Origin: an uncultured Candidatus Saccharibacteria bacterium
GTDB lineage: Bacteria > Patescibacteriota > Minisyncoccia > UBA6257
Assembly: GCA_964479005.1 (NCBI GenBank)
Contig: CAYZJA010000002.1
Location: 96,001-160,000 of the forward strand
Direction: 5' to 3'
DNA length: 64,000 bases
This document shows, piece after piece, positions 49,810-59,421 of the stretch. Position 1 is the first letter of the stretch. Every line of letters starts with the position of its first letter. The translations under genes were made by a program, and so were the position numbers. Below the pieces are notes generated by a model that ran no database searches, was not told the DNA's origin, and worked only from the letters and a program-made list of their open reading frames with translations.

Positions 49810-50082
49810 ATGACAAAACAAGGTTTAATTGAATCCATTGTTGCTAAGGTTAGTTGTTCTCAGGCAGACGCAGGAAGAGCATTAGATGCGATTCTTGAAA
49901 CAATTACCAAGAGTTTAACAGATGGAGATTCAGTAACAATAACAGGTTTTGGCACTTTTAGCGCTAGAGCAAGAGCTGCCAGGGCTGGAGTAAATCCTAA
50001 GACTGGTGAAAAGATTCAGATTCCCGCTATGACAGTTCCAAAATTTAAAGCAGGAAAAGGTCTTAAAGAAGCTGTAAGATAA
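49810..50082 (+). CDS. hup: DNA-binding protein HU
   Basis: 90 aa. GFGTFSARARAARAGVNPKTGEKIQIPA arm region typical of HU/IHF. Confidence 0.9.
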   Translation: MTKQGLIESIVAKVSCSQADAGRALDAILETITKSLTDGDSVTITGFGTFSARARAARAGVNPKTGEKIQIPAMTVPKFKAGKGLKEAVR

Positions 50083-50101
50083 AAGAGATAGATTTCTTTT
50101 T

Positions 50102-50130
50102 AAAACCCCGACTAAATTAGTCGGGGTTTT
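50102..50130 (+). terminator. Rho-independent terminator (CCCCGACTAAATTAGTCGGGG + T-run)
   Basis: Perfect 8-bp GC-rich stem plus a U-tract directly after hup. Confidence 0.65.
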
Positions 50131-50186
50131 AAAAATTTGAGTTTTTTATCTTATTATCCTATTAAACTTCTTTTGGCTCCTTTTTT

Positions 50187-50284
50187 TATTATGAGCCGAA
50201 GGCGAATAACAAGGTTCTCGCGAGGCGGGGTTCTTATTATGAGCCGAAGGCGAATAACAAGGTTCTCGCGAGGCGGGGTTCTTA
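50187..50284. repeat. Tandem duplication (2 x ~47 bp) of dispersed repeat family B (..GAGCCGAAGGCGAATAACAAGGTTCTCGCGAGGCGGGGTTCTTA..)
   Basis: Two exact copies head-to-tail between convergent genes. Relatives are at 23950-23990, 46117-46175 and 51490-51540. Confidence 0.65.
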
Positions 50285-51082
50285 TAAATCTTTAAAAGAT
50301 AATGAAATTTTGTCATCTTCTATGCTAATAATTTTTGCTTCTTTTATTTCTCCTTCTTTTAAAATATCATTAATCTTGGCAGCTGATTCATTAGGGATTT
50401 GCGATATATGAATAAGTCCATCAATTCCGCTATCCTCTAACTTTACAAAAGCGCCGAAATCTACAATTTTCGTAATTTTTACCTGTATCTTATCTCCAAT
50501 ATTATATTTATTTATAATATTTTTTATTTTATCTTTTTCTACTAATTTTTCAGAAAAGATTAATTTATTTGCAGCAGGGTCAAAGTCTAATATTTTAACT
50601 GGTATTTTTTCCCCGATTAAAAAATTTAGTTTTTCTAATATTTTATTCTTATTACCTTCACCTACTTTTGGATAATGCTCTGTTGATAATTGGGAAGCAG
50701 GGAGGAATCCTTTGATGTTTTCTACTTTTCCCATTAAGCCTCCGGCATTAGCTTCTGATATCAAGAGAGGAAACGTTGTTTCCTGTTTTTTCATTTCTTT
50801 TATTTTTTCCCATGCTTTTTCTTTTTCCAAATTTTGCAAAGCCATTTCTATTAATCCATCTTCATTATTCCAATCAAGAATTTTTACTAAAACCTTAGTA
50901 CCTATTTCCAATTTTTTGATATAATTTTTTGTTTCTATATAATTTATCCCTTGAATAATACCTGTGCCATAAGGGGATAGGTCTATAAATAAAGATCTTT
51001 CTTTTTTTTCTAAAATAAATCCCTCAACAAAAGATCCAATTGAGGGCATAGAGATTGAATTATCTTTTTTTAGGGAATACAT
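50282..51082 (-). CDS. S1 RNA-binding domain protein (short ribosomal protein S1-like, 3-4 S1 repeats)
   Basis: Repeated G.kV.gkV.....G.fV S1 motifs (GSFVEGFIL, GTKVLVKIL, GEKIPVKIL, GDKIQVKITKIVDFGAFVKL). Confidence 0.65.
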   Translation of the reverse strand: MYSLKKDNSISMPSIGSFVEGFILEKKERSLFIDLSPYGTGIIQGINYIETKNYIKKLEIGTKVLVKILDWNNEDGLIEMALQNLEKEKAWEKIKEMKKQETTFPLLISEANAGGLMGKVENIKGFLPASQLSTEHYPKVGEGNKNKILEKLNFLIGEKIPVKILDFDPAANKLIFSEKLVEKDKIKNIINKYNIGDKIQVKITKIVDFGAFVKLEDSGIDGLIHISQIPNESAAKINDILKEGEIKEAKIISIEDDKISLSFKDL

Positions 51083-51127
51083 TAATTGTTTTAATTTTTT
51101 AAAATTTATGTGCCGCCACGTTTAACG

Positions 51128-51202
51128 TGGTGCCTGGGCGGTGAATCGAACACCGGACGCTTTGCTCTTCAAGCAAACGCTCTACCACTGAGCTACCCAG
51201 GC
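51128..51202 (-). tRNA. tRNA-Phe (anticodon GAA), CCA encoded
   Basis: Reverse complement folds as acceptor GCCTGGG/CCCAGGC, anticodon loop TTGAAGA, T-loop GTTCGATTC. The CCA is embedded in a CCACGTTTAACGTGG palindrome. Confidence 0.85.
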
Positions 51203-51274
51203 TTAAACTCAGATTACCAGTTTAGCATAATAGATTTTTAAAGTAAAGAAAAGCAATAAATCCAAATAAATTAG

Positions 51275-51348
51275 TGGGCAGTAGAGGACTCGAACCTCTG
51301 GCCTCATGGATGTAAACCAAGCGCTCTAACCAACTGAGCTAACTGCCC
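51275..51348 (-). tRNA. tRNA-Val (anticodon UAC)
   Basis: Reverse complement folds as acceptor GGGCAGT/ACTGCCC, anticodon loop TTTACAT (stem has one T-T mismatch), T-loop GGTTCGAGTCC. Confidence 0.7.
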
Positions 51349-51374
51349 TAATTTTTAGTGGACCACGTCTAATG

Positions 51375-51452
51375 TGGTGGACCCAGTGGGAGTCGAACCC
51401 ACGACCTTGCGCATGCCATGCGCACACTCTAAACCAACTGAGCTATGGGCCC
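51375..51452 (-). tRNA. tRNA-Ala (anticodon GGC), CCA encoded
   Basis: Reverse complement folds as acceptor GGGCCCA/TGGGTCC with the G3:U70 identity pair, anticodon stem TGCGC/GCGCA with loop ATGGCAT. Confidence 0.8.
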
Positions 51453-51611
51453 ATACCACATGATGAATTCTATCAGTTTTTTTATTTTGAGTAAAGCGAG
51501 AAACAAGGTTCTCCTAAGTGAAGCGTAGGAGGTTCTTATTATTTTTCAAGAAAAATTTGAATTTCTTTATTTATTTTAATAAATAAACATGGTATTATTA
51601 AAGATATAATT

Positions 51612-52463
51612 ATGAAGCTTGCACTAAAGGAAATGGAAGATTTGGCGACCACTATCCGCCAAGAAATAATAGGAATGCTTTTAAAAGCAAAATCAGGCCA
51701 TTGCGCGGGTCCTTTAGGCGCGGTGGAATTATATATCGCTCTTTATTTTAGCGGAATTTTAAATTATGATTCTAAAAATCCAAATTGGGAGGAAAGAGAT
51801 AGGGTTGTCATTTCCAATGGGCATTATGCTCCTTTAATTTATACTATTTTAGCCCATGCTGGGTTTTTTCCTTTGGAGGAATTAAAAACCTCAAGAAAAT
51901 TAGGAAGTAGACTTCAAGGCCATCCTCATCGTTTATCTTTGCCGGGAATTGAAACTTCTTCTGGTCCAGTTGGAGAAGGTCTTTCTCAGGCAATTGGTAT
52001 GGCTTTAGGGGCAAAAATAGATAAAAAGAAGATTCAGGTTTATTGTTTAATGGGAGACGGAGAGCAAGATTGCGGTAATACTTGGGAAGCAGTAATGATG
52101 GCGGGAAAGCATCAATTAGATAATCTAACGGCTATTATTGACAGAAATAACATTCAGATTGACGGGTTTACTGAAAATGTGATGCCTTTAGAGCCATTAA
52201 AAGAAAAGTATGAATCTTTTGGTTGGAAAGTTTTGGAAGTAGATGGTCATAATATTCCAGAAGTTATTAAAGCTCTAAATACTTCTAAATCTGTTTTTGT
52301 TAAACCCGTGGTAATTATTGCTCACACTATTCCTGGAAAAGGAGTAGATTTTATGCAATGGGAATATCAATGGCATGGGAAGACGCCAAATTCAAAACAA
52401 GCTGAAGAAGCTTTGCGGCAGCTGAGGAGCATGAAAGGGCAAATTGAATCAGAATTAGATTAA
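51612..52463 (+). CDS. tktA: Transketolase, N-terminal (TPP-binding) subunit of a split enzyme
   Basis: GHCAGPLGAVELYIALYF, GHPH...GPVGEGLSQAIGMA and MGDGEQDCGNTWEA motifs. 283 aa. Confidence 0.85.
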   Translation: MKLALKEMEDLATTIRQEIIGMLLKAKSGHCAGPLGAVELYIALYFSGILNYDSKNPNWEERDRVVISNGHYAPLIYTILAHAGFFPLEELKTSRKLGSRLQGHPHRLSLPGIETSSGPVGEGLSQAIGMALGAKIDKKKIQVYCLMGDGEQDCGNTWEAVMMAGKHQLDNLTAIIDRNNIQIDGFTENVMPLEPLKEKYESFGWKVLEVDGHNIPEVIKALNTSKSVFVKPVVIIAHTIPGKGVDFMQWEYQWHGKTPNSKQAEEALRQLRSMKGQIESELD

Positions 52464-52520
52464 AAATTAAAGGTTGATTAAATTAATTAATAAAATAATA
52501 ATAAATAAAAAAATAAAAAT

Positions 52521-53972
52521 ATGTATAAATCTTTTATATTTTTAGCAGCTGCAATTTTATTTTTAGCAGCAGCTTTAATTTCTACACCCAAAAGTATAGT
52601 ATGGTGGGGTAGAAGCAAATTAGTAGAAAAAATTCCAGTAGGTCAAACCCAAGAAGTTGAACTGGTATTTACTAGTAGAAAGGATTTTAAAGAAGTGAAT
52701 TTGAGCGTTTCAGATGATCTAAGCAGATTTATGAGCAGTTTTGAGCCAACAACTCTAGAAGTAGTAAAAGATCAACCTAATAAGATAAATGCTTTTATAA
52801 ATGTACCCTCAGATGTTAGTCCTGATACTTATGGTGGAACTATCCATCTTCGAGCAGGGAAAAGAACTATTGGTAAGCCTTTGGCTGTTAATATTATTGT
52901 GATTCCTGCGCAAGAGCCTATTCCCCCTACAGTACCTTCATGGTCATTACCAGCAAATATTTCTAATTCAGTAATTACTTCATATAAACCAAAGGTTTTG
53001 CAGGATACATCAGGAAATGTTTATGCTTTATGGCTGGATTCTGATTTTACTTCGCAATACAAACTTTATTTTTCTAAATTAGAAGGTGAAGTTTGGAGTT
53101 CTCCTCAGCATATTATTTCTTCTGATAGATACAGTCCATTATACGATTTTGATTTTACTATTGATAGCCAAAATCAGATTCATTTGGTTTATACCCAAAC
53201 TGTTTCAGGCTCTGGCTATATGATACATTATACATTCTATAATGGAATTGAATGGTCGACTCCACAAAAAGTTTGTCAGGGATTTAGTCCTTCAATTGAA
53301 GTTGATTCTGCTGATAGGGTTCATATAGCTTATTCTTCTTTTTCAGATATTTTCTATTCAAATTTTAATGGAACTACCTGGTCTTCTTCTGTTAATGTTT
53401 CTGATGATGGACAGCTTTACGGAGATTATACTTCAGGAGCCAAAGCTATTAGAATTGATAAATCAGGAGATATTCATATTGCTTGGGCTAAGTATAATTT
53501 TGGAATAATGTACACAAAATTTGATAGTAAAACTTGGAATGTTCCTCAATTGGTTTCCAAATTAGCATTGTGGCCAGATAATACATATTGGCTCAGTCTT
53601 GGCGCTAATGGAGTTGTGGCAGTGGCTTATACTCAAGGCCCGAATGATTGTATAAATCAAGAAATTTATTTTTCCCTTAGTGAAGACGGAGGATTAAGTT
53701 GGTATAGTCCAACCCAGATTTCTGAGTCAGCTGGCATTGGTTCTCGTTGGCCATCTTTATCTATTGTTTCTGCAAATAATATTCAAGCTGTATGGGGAGA
53801 ATGCCAAACAGGAGTTCCTTTCCGTTTGTTTAACGGGACTAGTTGGTCTGATATTATTGATATTGGTAATGGAGCTCAAAAAGCGGATTTGCCAAATATC
53901 TCAGCTTATGGAAATAAGTCTTATGCAGTATGGGGCTTTAATAACGAGGTTTACTTTAGCCAGGGTCAATAA
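52521..53972 (+). CDS. Secreted BNR/Asp-box repeat (sialidase-like beta-propeller) protein
   Basis: Signal peptide. Asp-box SLSEDGGLSWYSP and multiple W/F..P..V..G / NGT.WS repeats. Confidence 0.55.
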   Translation: MYKSFIFLAAAILFLAAALISTPKSIVWWGRSKLVEKIPVGQTQEVELVFTSRKDFKEVNLSVSDDLSRFMSSFEPTTLEVVKDQPNKINAFINVPSDVSPDTYGGTIHLRAGKRTIGKPLAVNIIVIPAQEPIPPTVPSWSLPANISNSVITSYKPKVLQDTSGNVYALWLDSDFTSQYKLYFSKLEGEVWSSPQHIISSDRYSPLYDFDFTIDSQNQIHLVYTQTVSGSGYMIHYTFYNGIEWSTPQKVCQGFSPSIEVDSADRVHIAYSSFSDIFYSNFNGTTWSSSVNVSDDGQLYGDYTSGAKAIRIDKSGDIHIAWAKYNFGIMYTKFDSKTWNVPQLVSKLALWPDNTYWLSLGANGVVAVAYTQGPNDCINQEIYFSLSEDGGLSWYSPTQISESAGIGSRWPSLSIVSANNIQAVWGECQTGVPFRLFNGTSWSDIIDIGNGAQKADLPNISAYGNKSYAVWGFNNEVYFSQGQ

Positions 53973-53986
53973 ATCCCTACACCATT

Positions 53987-54988
53987 ATGCTTAATCCCGA
54001 TATTAAATTAAATCCTAAAATTTTTACAGAAAAGATTAAACGAATTTCTCCACGCGATGGCTTTGGAGAAGGTTTGGTTTTAGCCGGAGAAATGAATGAA
54101 AGAATAGTGGCTTTGTGCGCTGATGTAACTGAGTCTTTGAGGATGCATTTATTTAGAGACCGTTTTCCAGAAAGATTTATTGAAGTAGGAATTGCTGAAC
54201 AAAATATGGCTGGTATTGCTTCGGGATTAGCAGCTTCGGGAAAAATTCCTGTAATGGGAACTTATGCTGTTTTTTCTCCTGGAAGAAATTGGGAACAAAT
54301 TAGAACAACAATTTGCTATAATCAGCAAAAAGTTATTCTTGTTGGTTCTCACGCAGGATTAAACGTAGGGCCTGATGGCGCTAGTCATCAGGCCTTGGAA
54401 GATATTGCCTTAATGAGAGTTTTACCTAATATGGCAGTGGTATGTCCTGCCGATGCTTTAGAAGCCCGTAAAGCCATTCTTTCAGCAATTGAATATCCGA
54501 ACTCTATATATATTCGTTTGCCTCGGGAGAAATCACCTGTTTTTACAACAGAAGAAACATCTTGGCAGATTGAAAAATCTCAGGTTCTTTGGCTTCCAAA
54601 ATCTGAGAAGAAACAATTCTCTGGAATTACTATTTTTGTTTGTGGGCATTTAGTATACAAAGCATTAGAAGCAGCTAAAGAATTAGAACAAGAAGGCATA
54701 TTAATAGCAGTTATAAATAATTCAGCTATTAAGCCGTTAGATAAAGAAACAATATTGAAATGGGCTAAAAAATCTAAAGCCATAATTACTTTGGAAGAAC
54801 ATCAAATAGCTGGTGGTATGGGATCAGCTATAGCAGAGTTTTTAAGCGAGAATCATCCTCTGCCCATTAAATTTATGGGAATAAAAGATGAATTTGGACA
54901 GAGTGGTCAGGCAGAGGAATTATTAGCAAAATATAATCTTGATAAGGAAGCGATAAAAGAAACCGTAAAAGAAATGATACAAGATTAA
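53987..54988 (+). CDS. tktB: Transketolase, C-terminal (pyrimidine-binding/C-terminal domain) subunit
   Basis: EVGIAEQNMAGIASGLA and GSHAGLNVGPDGASHQALEDIALMRVLPNM motifs. 333 aa. Confidence 0.85.
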   Translation: MLNPDIKLNPKIFTEKIKRISPRDGFGEGLVLAGEMNERIVALCADVTESLRMHLFRDRFPERFIEVGIAEQNMAGIASGLAASGKIPVMGTYAVFSPGRNWEQIRTTICYNQQKVILVGSHAGLNVGPDGASHQALEDIALMRVLPNMAVVCPADALEARKAILSAIEYPNSIYIRLPREKSPVFTTEETSWQIEKSQVLWLPKSEKKQFSGITIFVCGHLVYKALEAAKELEQEGILIAVINNSAIKPLDKETILKWAKKSKAIITLEEHQIAGGMGSAIAEFLSENHPLPIKFMGIKDEFGQSGQAEELLAKYNLDKEAIKETVKEMIQD

Positions 54989-54995
54989 ATATCTT

Positions 54996-55997
54996 ATGGA
55001 ATTTGACGTAATTACAATTGGTTCTGCCACACGTGATGGATTTTTTGAAGGGGTTGATTTTTTATCTGTTGAAGGAAAGTGTTTTGTAGCCAATAAGGGT
55101 ATTTGTCTTCCTTTAGGAGCTAAAATAAGGGTTCCAAAAGTTCATTTTCTTACAGGAGGGAGTGCTACGAATACTGCAGTTAGTTTTGCGAGACAAAAAT
55201 TAAAAACCGCTGTTATTTGCCGCGTTGGTAATGATATTTCAGGAAAAACCATTATTAAAGAACAGGAAGAAGAAGGTATTGACACTCAATTTATTCAAAA
55301 AGATTATATTGTCCCTACTGCTTATTCAGTTATTTTTTTAACCTCTTCTGGAGAAAGAACGATTCTTTCCTATAAAGGTTGCGCTGAAAATTTGACTATT
55401 CAGGAAATCCCATGGAAAAAAATAAAAACACAGTGGTTATGCATTGGGTCTTTGGGAAAGGAAAAGAATATTTTAAAAGAAATAATTGAATTTGCTGTTT
55501 CTAAGAAGATTAAATTAGCTATTAATCCTGGGTGGCACGAATTAAATTGGTTTAAAAAACATCCTAAATGGCTAGATAAATTTGAAATATTTATATGCAA
55601 TCAAGAAGAAGCAGTTTATTTAACAGATATTCCTTATATTAAAGAAAAGAAAATTTTTAAGAAGCTGGATGATTTTGTAAAAGGAATTGTTGTAATGACA
55701 AAAGGTAAAAATGGTGTTAGTGTTTCTAATGGAAAAACTTTATGGAAAGCAGGTGTTTTTAAGAAAAAAAAGATAATAGATACTACTGGTGCTGGTGATG
55801 CTTTTGCTTCTAGTTTTATATCAGTATTTGTTAGACAAGATAAAATAAATGAGAAAGTAATTGAAGAGGCTATTCGTATAGGAAGTGCTAATGCTTGTTC
55901 AGTAGTAGAATATATTGGTACAAAACCTGGTATTCTTTATAAAAAAGATATTAAACAGCCCAGATTTAAAAAATTAAAAATTCAAAAATATGAATAA
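54996..55997 (+). CDS. PfkB-family carbohydrate kinase (ribokinase/fructokinase-like)
   Basis: C-terminal DTTGAGDAFASSFI signature. 333 aa. Confidence 0.8.
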   Translation: MEFDVITIGSATRDGFFEGVDFLSVEGKCFVANKGICLPLGAKIRVPKVHFLTGGSATNTAVSFARQKLKTAVICRVGNDISGKTIIKEQEEEGIDTQFIQKDYIVPTAYSVIFLTSSGERTILSYKGCAENLTIQEIPWKKIKTQWLCIGSLGKEKNILKEIIEFAVSKKIKLAINPGWHELNWFKKHPKWLDKFEIFICNQEEAVYLTDIPYIKEKKIFKKLDDFVKGIVVMTKGKNGVSVSNGKTLWKAGVFKKKKIIDTTGAGDAFASSFISVFVRQDKINEKVIEEAIRIGSANACSVVEYIGTKPGILYKKDIKQPRFKKLKIQKYE

Positions 55998-56751
55998 TAA
56001 CTTCCTTCAGCCATTTTTATATAAAGAGAAAGCCTTATTTTTGGCTTATGATCATGGTTTTGAACATGGTCCTAAAGATTTAATAGGAAAAAGCATAGAC
56101 CCGGAATATATTTTAGATTTAGCAGTAAAAGGAGAATATACAGGAATTATTTTACAAAAAGGAATTGCGGAAAAGTATTATACAGGCACTAAATACCAGA
56201 AAAAAATTCCTCTCATTTTGAAAGTTAATGGCAAAACTAATATTCCCAAAATTGCTGATCCTTATTCTTCAATTAATTGTTCAGTAGATTGTGCGAAAAG
56301 ATTGGGAGCTAAAGCTGTGGGTTATACTATTTATTTAGGCAGTAAACAAGAAGAAAAAATGCTTGCTGATTTTGGAAAAATCCAGGAACAAGCTCATCAA
56401 TTAAAGATGGCGGCAATTGCTTGGATATATCCAAGAGGATCTGCAGTAGAAGATGAAACTTCTCCTGAAATAACAGCTTACGCTGCCAGAATTGGATTAG
56501 AATTAGGCGCTGATATGATAAAAATAAAATATTTTGGTTCTGAACAAACATTTAGAAAAATAATACAAGCGGCTGGAAAAACAAAAGTTATTTTATCTGG
56601 AGGGCCAAAAATAGAAGGCAAGGAGATTTTAAAAATAATTGAATCAGTTATAAAAGCCGGAGCAGCAGGAGTAGCTGTAGGACGTAATGTCTTTCAGCAT
56701 CAAGATCCTTTGGCAATGACTGAGAAAATTAAAAAAATTGTATTTAATTAG
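55990..56751 (+). CDS. Class I fructose-bisphosphate aldolase, DhnA/archaeal type (DeoC/LacD superfamily)
   Basis: LFLAYDHGFEHGP N-terminal motif and a TIM-barrel aldolase pattern with a Lys in IKIKYFG. 253 aa. Confidence 0.7.
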   Translation: MNNNFLQPFLYKEKALFLAYDHGFEHGPKDLIGKSIDPEYILDLAVKGEYTGIILQKGIAEKYYTGTKYQKKIPLILKVNGKTNIPKIADPYSSINCSVDCAKRLGAKAVGYTIYLGSKQEEKMLADFGKIQEQAHQLKMAAIAWIYPRGSAVEDETSPEITAYAARIGLELGADMIKIKYFGSEQTFRKIIQAAGKTKVILSGGPKIEGKEILKIIESVIKAGAAGVAVGRNVFQHQDPLAMTEKIKKIVFN

Positions 56752-56763
56752 AAAATTTTACCC

Positions 56764-56854
56764 GGAGGAGTGGCTGAGTGGTTTAAAGCGCGGCTCTCGA
56801 AAAGCTGTTTCCTGCTTAGCGGGATCGTGGGTTCGAATCCCACCTCCTCCGCCA
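56764..56854 (+). tRNA. tRNA-Ser (anticodon CGA), type II, CCA encoded
   Basis: Acceptor GGAGGAG/CTCCTCC, anticodon stem CGGCT/AGCTG with loop CTCGAAA, long variable arm, discriminator G. The overlapping ORF 56738-56953 is spurious. Confidence 0.8.
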
Positions 56855-56859
56855 AGTAT

Positions 56860-57624
56860 TTATCCTCTTGCTAGAACTAAACCAATTACCTTTTTCGCAC
56901 CATTCTTTTTTAAGATTTTTGCCGCTTCCTGCATTGTTGCTCCAGAAGTATAAACATCGTCAATTAAAATTATCCATTTATTTTTAATTAGATTTAGATT
57001 AGAAATAGAAATTTGAAAAACATCTTTGGTATTTTTTTCTCTTTCAATAAAATTATTGATTTTTGCCTGTGGTGGATTATTTTTAATTCTGAGAAGAATT
57101 TTAGGATGAAAATTCAGAGAAAAATGAGAAGCAACAACTTTTGCCAATAATTCTGATTGATTAAATCCTCTTTGCCTTCTTTTCCTTGTATGTAATGGGA
57201 TAGGAATTAGTAATATATTCTTTTTATTCATTTCAGAAAAAAAGTTGGTTTCTTTTAAAAATCTTATCATTAAATCAGCCAGAGGTTTTTGCAATGAAAT
57301 AATTGGCTGATATTTAAAAAGATGAATAGTTTTTCTGATGATTGAATTTTTATAAAAAGAAACTACGCCCAAAGCGAATAAATGGGTTTTACAAAAACAA
57401 GAGCGTTTAGAAAAATTAGTTATTCTTTTCTTACAGATGGGGCAAATGAAAGAATAGTTAATTGGGATATTCTTTTGGCATTTTTTACAAAGCGGGTAAG
57501 AAAAATGGACTTCTTTTTTACAAGAAACACATTGCCAAGGGAAAAAAGTATCTAAAAGTAATTTTAAAAAACGGTGTCCCCGTTTAACGGGGCTATCACC
57601 GCGTTTGACGTGGTGGGGCATCAA
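56860..57624 (-). CDS. comF: ComF-family protein (zinc ribbon + phosphoribosyltransferase domain)
   Basis: N-terminal LLLDTFFPWQCVSCKK...C..C zinc ribbon. C-terminal ILIDDVYTSGATMQEAAKILKKNGAKKV PRTase motif. Confidence 0.75.
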   Translation of the reverse strand: MMPHHVKRGDSPVKRGHRFLKLLLDTFFPWQCVSCKKEVHFSYPLCKKCQKNIPINYSFICPICKKRITNFSKRSCFCKTHLFALGVVSFYKNSIIRKTIHLFKYQPIISLQKPLADLMIRFLKETNFFSEMNKKNILLIPIPLHTRKRRQRGFNQSELLAKVVASHFSLNFHPKILLRIKNNPPQAKINNFIEREKNTKDVFQISISNLNLIKNKWIILIDDVYTSGATMQEAAKILKKNGAKKVIGLVLARG

Positions 57625-57758
57625 AGATATAAATTGTTAAATTGTTCTATTGTTTATTGCTATTTGTTGGCATATCAAATATTATAGTATATAATATTAG
57701 TGTATCATATTTTGTATTTTTAAGCTTTAATCTTTGACTTTTGATTTTTATTTAATAT

Positions 57759-58817
57759 ATGGTTTTCAATTTTTTTAAACAGAATATTTTTTTAGGCATA
57801 GACATTGGAACCACTTCAATTAAATTAGTGGAATTGCGAAAAACCAGACAAAAGATAGAATTGACCAATTATGGAATTTTGGAAAAGTATGGACATTTGG
57901 AAAGGATCAATGACGCTATTCAAACTAATAGTTTTAAATTATTAGAAGAAAGCACTGCTTTGCTTTTGAAGCAATTGATAGAGAAATCAAAAACGAAGAA
58001 TCGGAAAACCTATATGGCTTTACCAAGTTTTTCTGGGTTTGTTTCAATTATGGAACTTCCAGAAATGCCAGATAAAGAACTTACCAAAGCAGTAAACTTT
58101 CAAGCAGGACAGTATATCCCCATGCCATTACAGGAAACAACTTTAGATTGGCAAATTATAGAAAGAACAAGTGGTAAAATTTTTGTTCTTTTAATGGCTG
58201 TACCAACCGATATTGTTAAAAGATATATCCAAAGTGCAGAACTGGCTAAAATTAATTTAAAAGGTTTGGAATTAGAAACCGTGGCCATTGCTCGCTTATT
58301 AGGCAAAAAAGAAAAGGGCGTAGTGGCTTTAGTGGATATTGGAGGAAGAAGTACGTCTATTAATATAATGGACAAGGGGGCATTGAGAACAAGCCATAAT
58401 GTAGATACTGCTGGCGGAGATTTTACCCAAGTTATTAGTAGTGGGTTGGGGATTAATCCTTTCAGAGCCGAGGAATTAAAAAGGGCATATGGTTTGAATA
58501 TTCAGGCGCGCGGGGAAGTTAAAATTACAAATCTTTTAATGCCATTATTAGATGTTATAAAAAGAGAAACAGAAAAAGCTATTAATAATTACTTTTTAAG
58601 AACTAAGAAGAAAGCGGAGAAAGTAATTTTAACTGGTGGAGGCGCGAATCTTCAGGGATTGGAAGATTATTATTCTAAACAATTGGCTTTGCCTGTTATT
58701 AAAGGTGATCCTTTTTCTTGGGGATTGATTTCTTATAATCCAAATCTTTCTCCAGTTATGAAGGATATTGGCCCAAGTTTAACCAGTGCTTGCGCTGTAG
58801 TATTTAAAGATATTTAA
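57759..58817 (+). CDS. pilM: Type IV pilus assembly ATPase-like protein PilM
   Basis: Actin-like fold start FLGIDIGTTSIKLVEL and C-terminal LTGGGANLQGLEDY. Confidence 0.8.
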   Translation: MVFNFFKQNIFLGIDIGTTSIKLVELRKTRQKIELTNYGILEKYGHLERINDAIQTNSFKLLEESTALLLKQLIEKSKTKNRKTYMALPSFSGFVSIMELPEMPDKELTKAVNFQAGQYIPMPLQETTLDWQIIERTSGKIFVLLMAVPTDIVKRYIQSAELAKINLKGLELETVAIARLLGKKEKGVVALVDIGGRSTSINIMDKGALRTSHNVDTAGGDFTQVISSGLGINPFRAEELKRAYGLNIQARGEVKITNLLMPLLDVIKRETEKAINNYFLRTKKKAEKVILTGGGANLQGLEDYYSKQLALPVIKGDPFSWGLISYNPNLSPVMKDIGPSLTSACAVVFKDI

Positions 58818-58860
58818 ATCACTTGCTTGATTTTTTAAAAAAAGGTAAAATATATAAAAC

Positions 58861-59421
58861 ATGCGGAATCTTGATTTAGGATCTCTAAAACCAAAAGAAC
58901 TTCCTCCCACTTGGCCAAAGGGGCTTTTGATATTTGTTTTAGTAGTTTTTCTTATTGCTGCGGGGGTTTATTTTGGATTAGATTATTGGAATAAAAATAA
59001 AGATGCGCAATTGGCCGTTCTGGAGGAAGAATTTCAAAATTTAAGATCTAATTTTCCTTTGGAAAAAGAGCAAGAAGCTATTCTTTTTGAAAAAAAATTA
59101 AATAGCTTAAGCAAACTGCTAACTAACCATACATATTTTTCTAAAGTACTGCTAGTCTTAGAAGAATTAACTCACCCTCAAATTTATTATACTAATCTGG
59201 ATTTTTCAACAGATACAAATATGTTGACTTTAGAAGGTGTGGCTAAAAATCAAGAGGTATTTAGTGAAGCTGTAAGCGGATTAGTAAATACTCCAGACAA
59301 AATTAAAGCAGTGGCAGTAAAGGATATGAAAATTGATAAGAATAAAAATATTGCTTTTTCTTTGTATGTTTTTATTCAACCAAGTTTATTAAAATATCAA
59401 CAAGATGACGGAGACTACTAA
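58861..59421 (+). CDS. pilN: PilN-like bitopic membrane protein (pilus alignment subcomplex)
   Basis: Single N-terminal TM, coiled coil. Position between pilM and a PilO-like gene. Confidence 0.5.
   Translation: MRNLDLGSLKPKELPPTWPKGLLIFVLVVFLIAAGVYFGLDYWNKNKDAQLAVLEEEFQNLRSNFPLEKEQEAILFEKKLNSLSKLLTNHTYFSKVLLVLEELTHPQIYYTNLDFSTDTNMLTLEGVAKNQEVFSEAVSGLVNTPDKIKAVAVKDMKIDKNKNIAFSLYVFIQPSLLKYQQDDGDY

Noticed and set aside
56738-56953. 71-aa plus-strand ORF
   Set aside because: It overlaps tRNA-Ser(CGA) and the 3' end of comF. There is no RBS or sequence character of a real gene.
57733-57762. TTGACT...ATATGG promoter-like hexamers before pilM
   Set aside because: The -10 is poor and would overlap the start codon. 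No confident promoter call is made.
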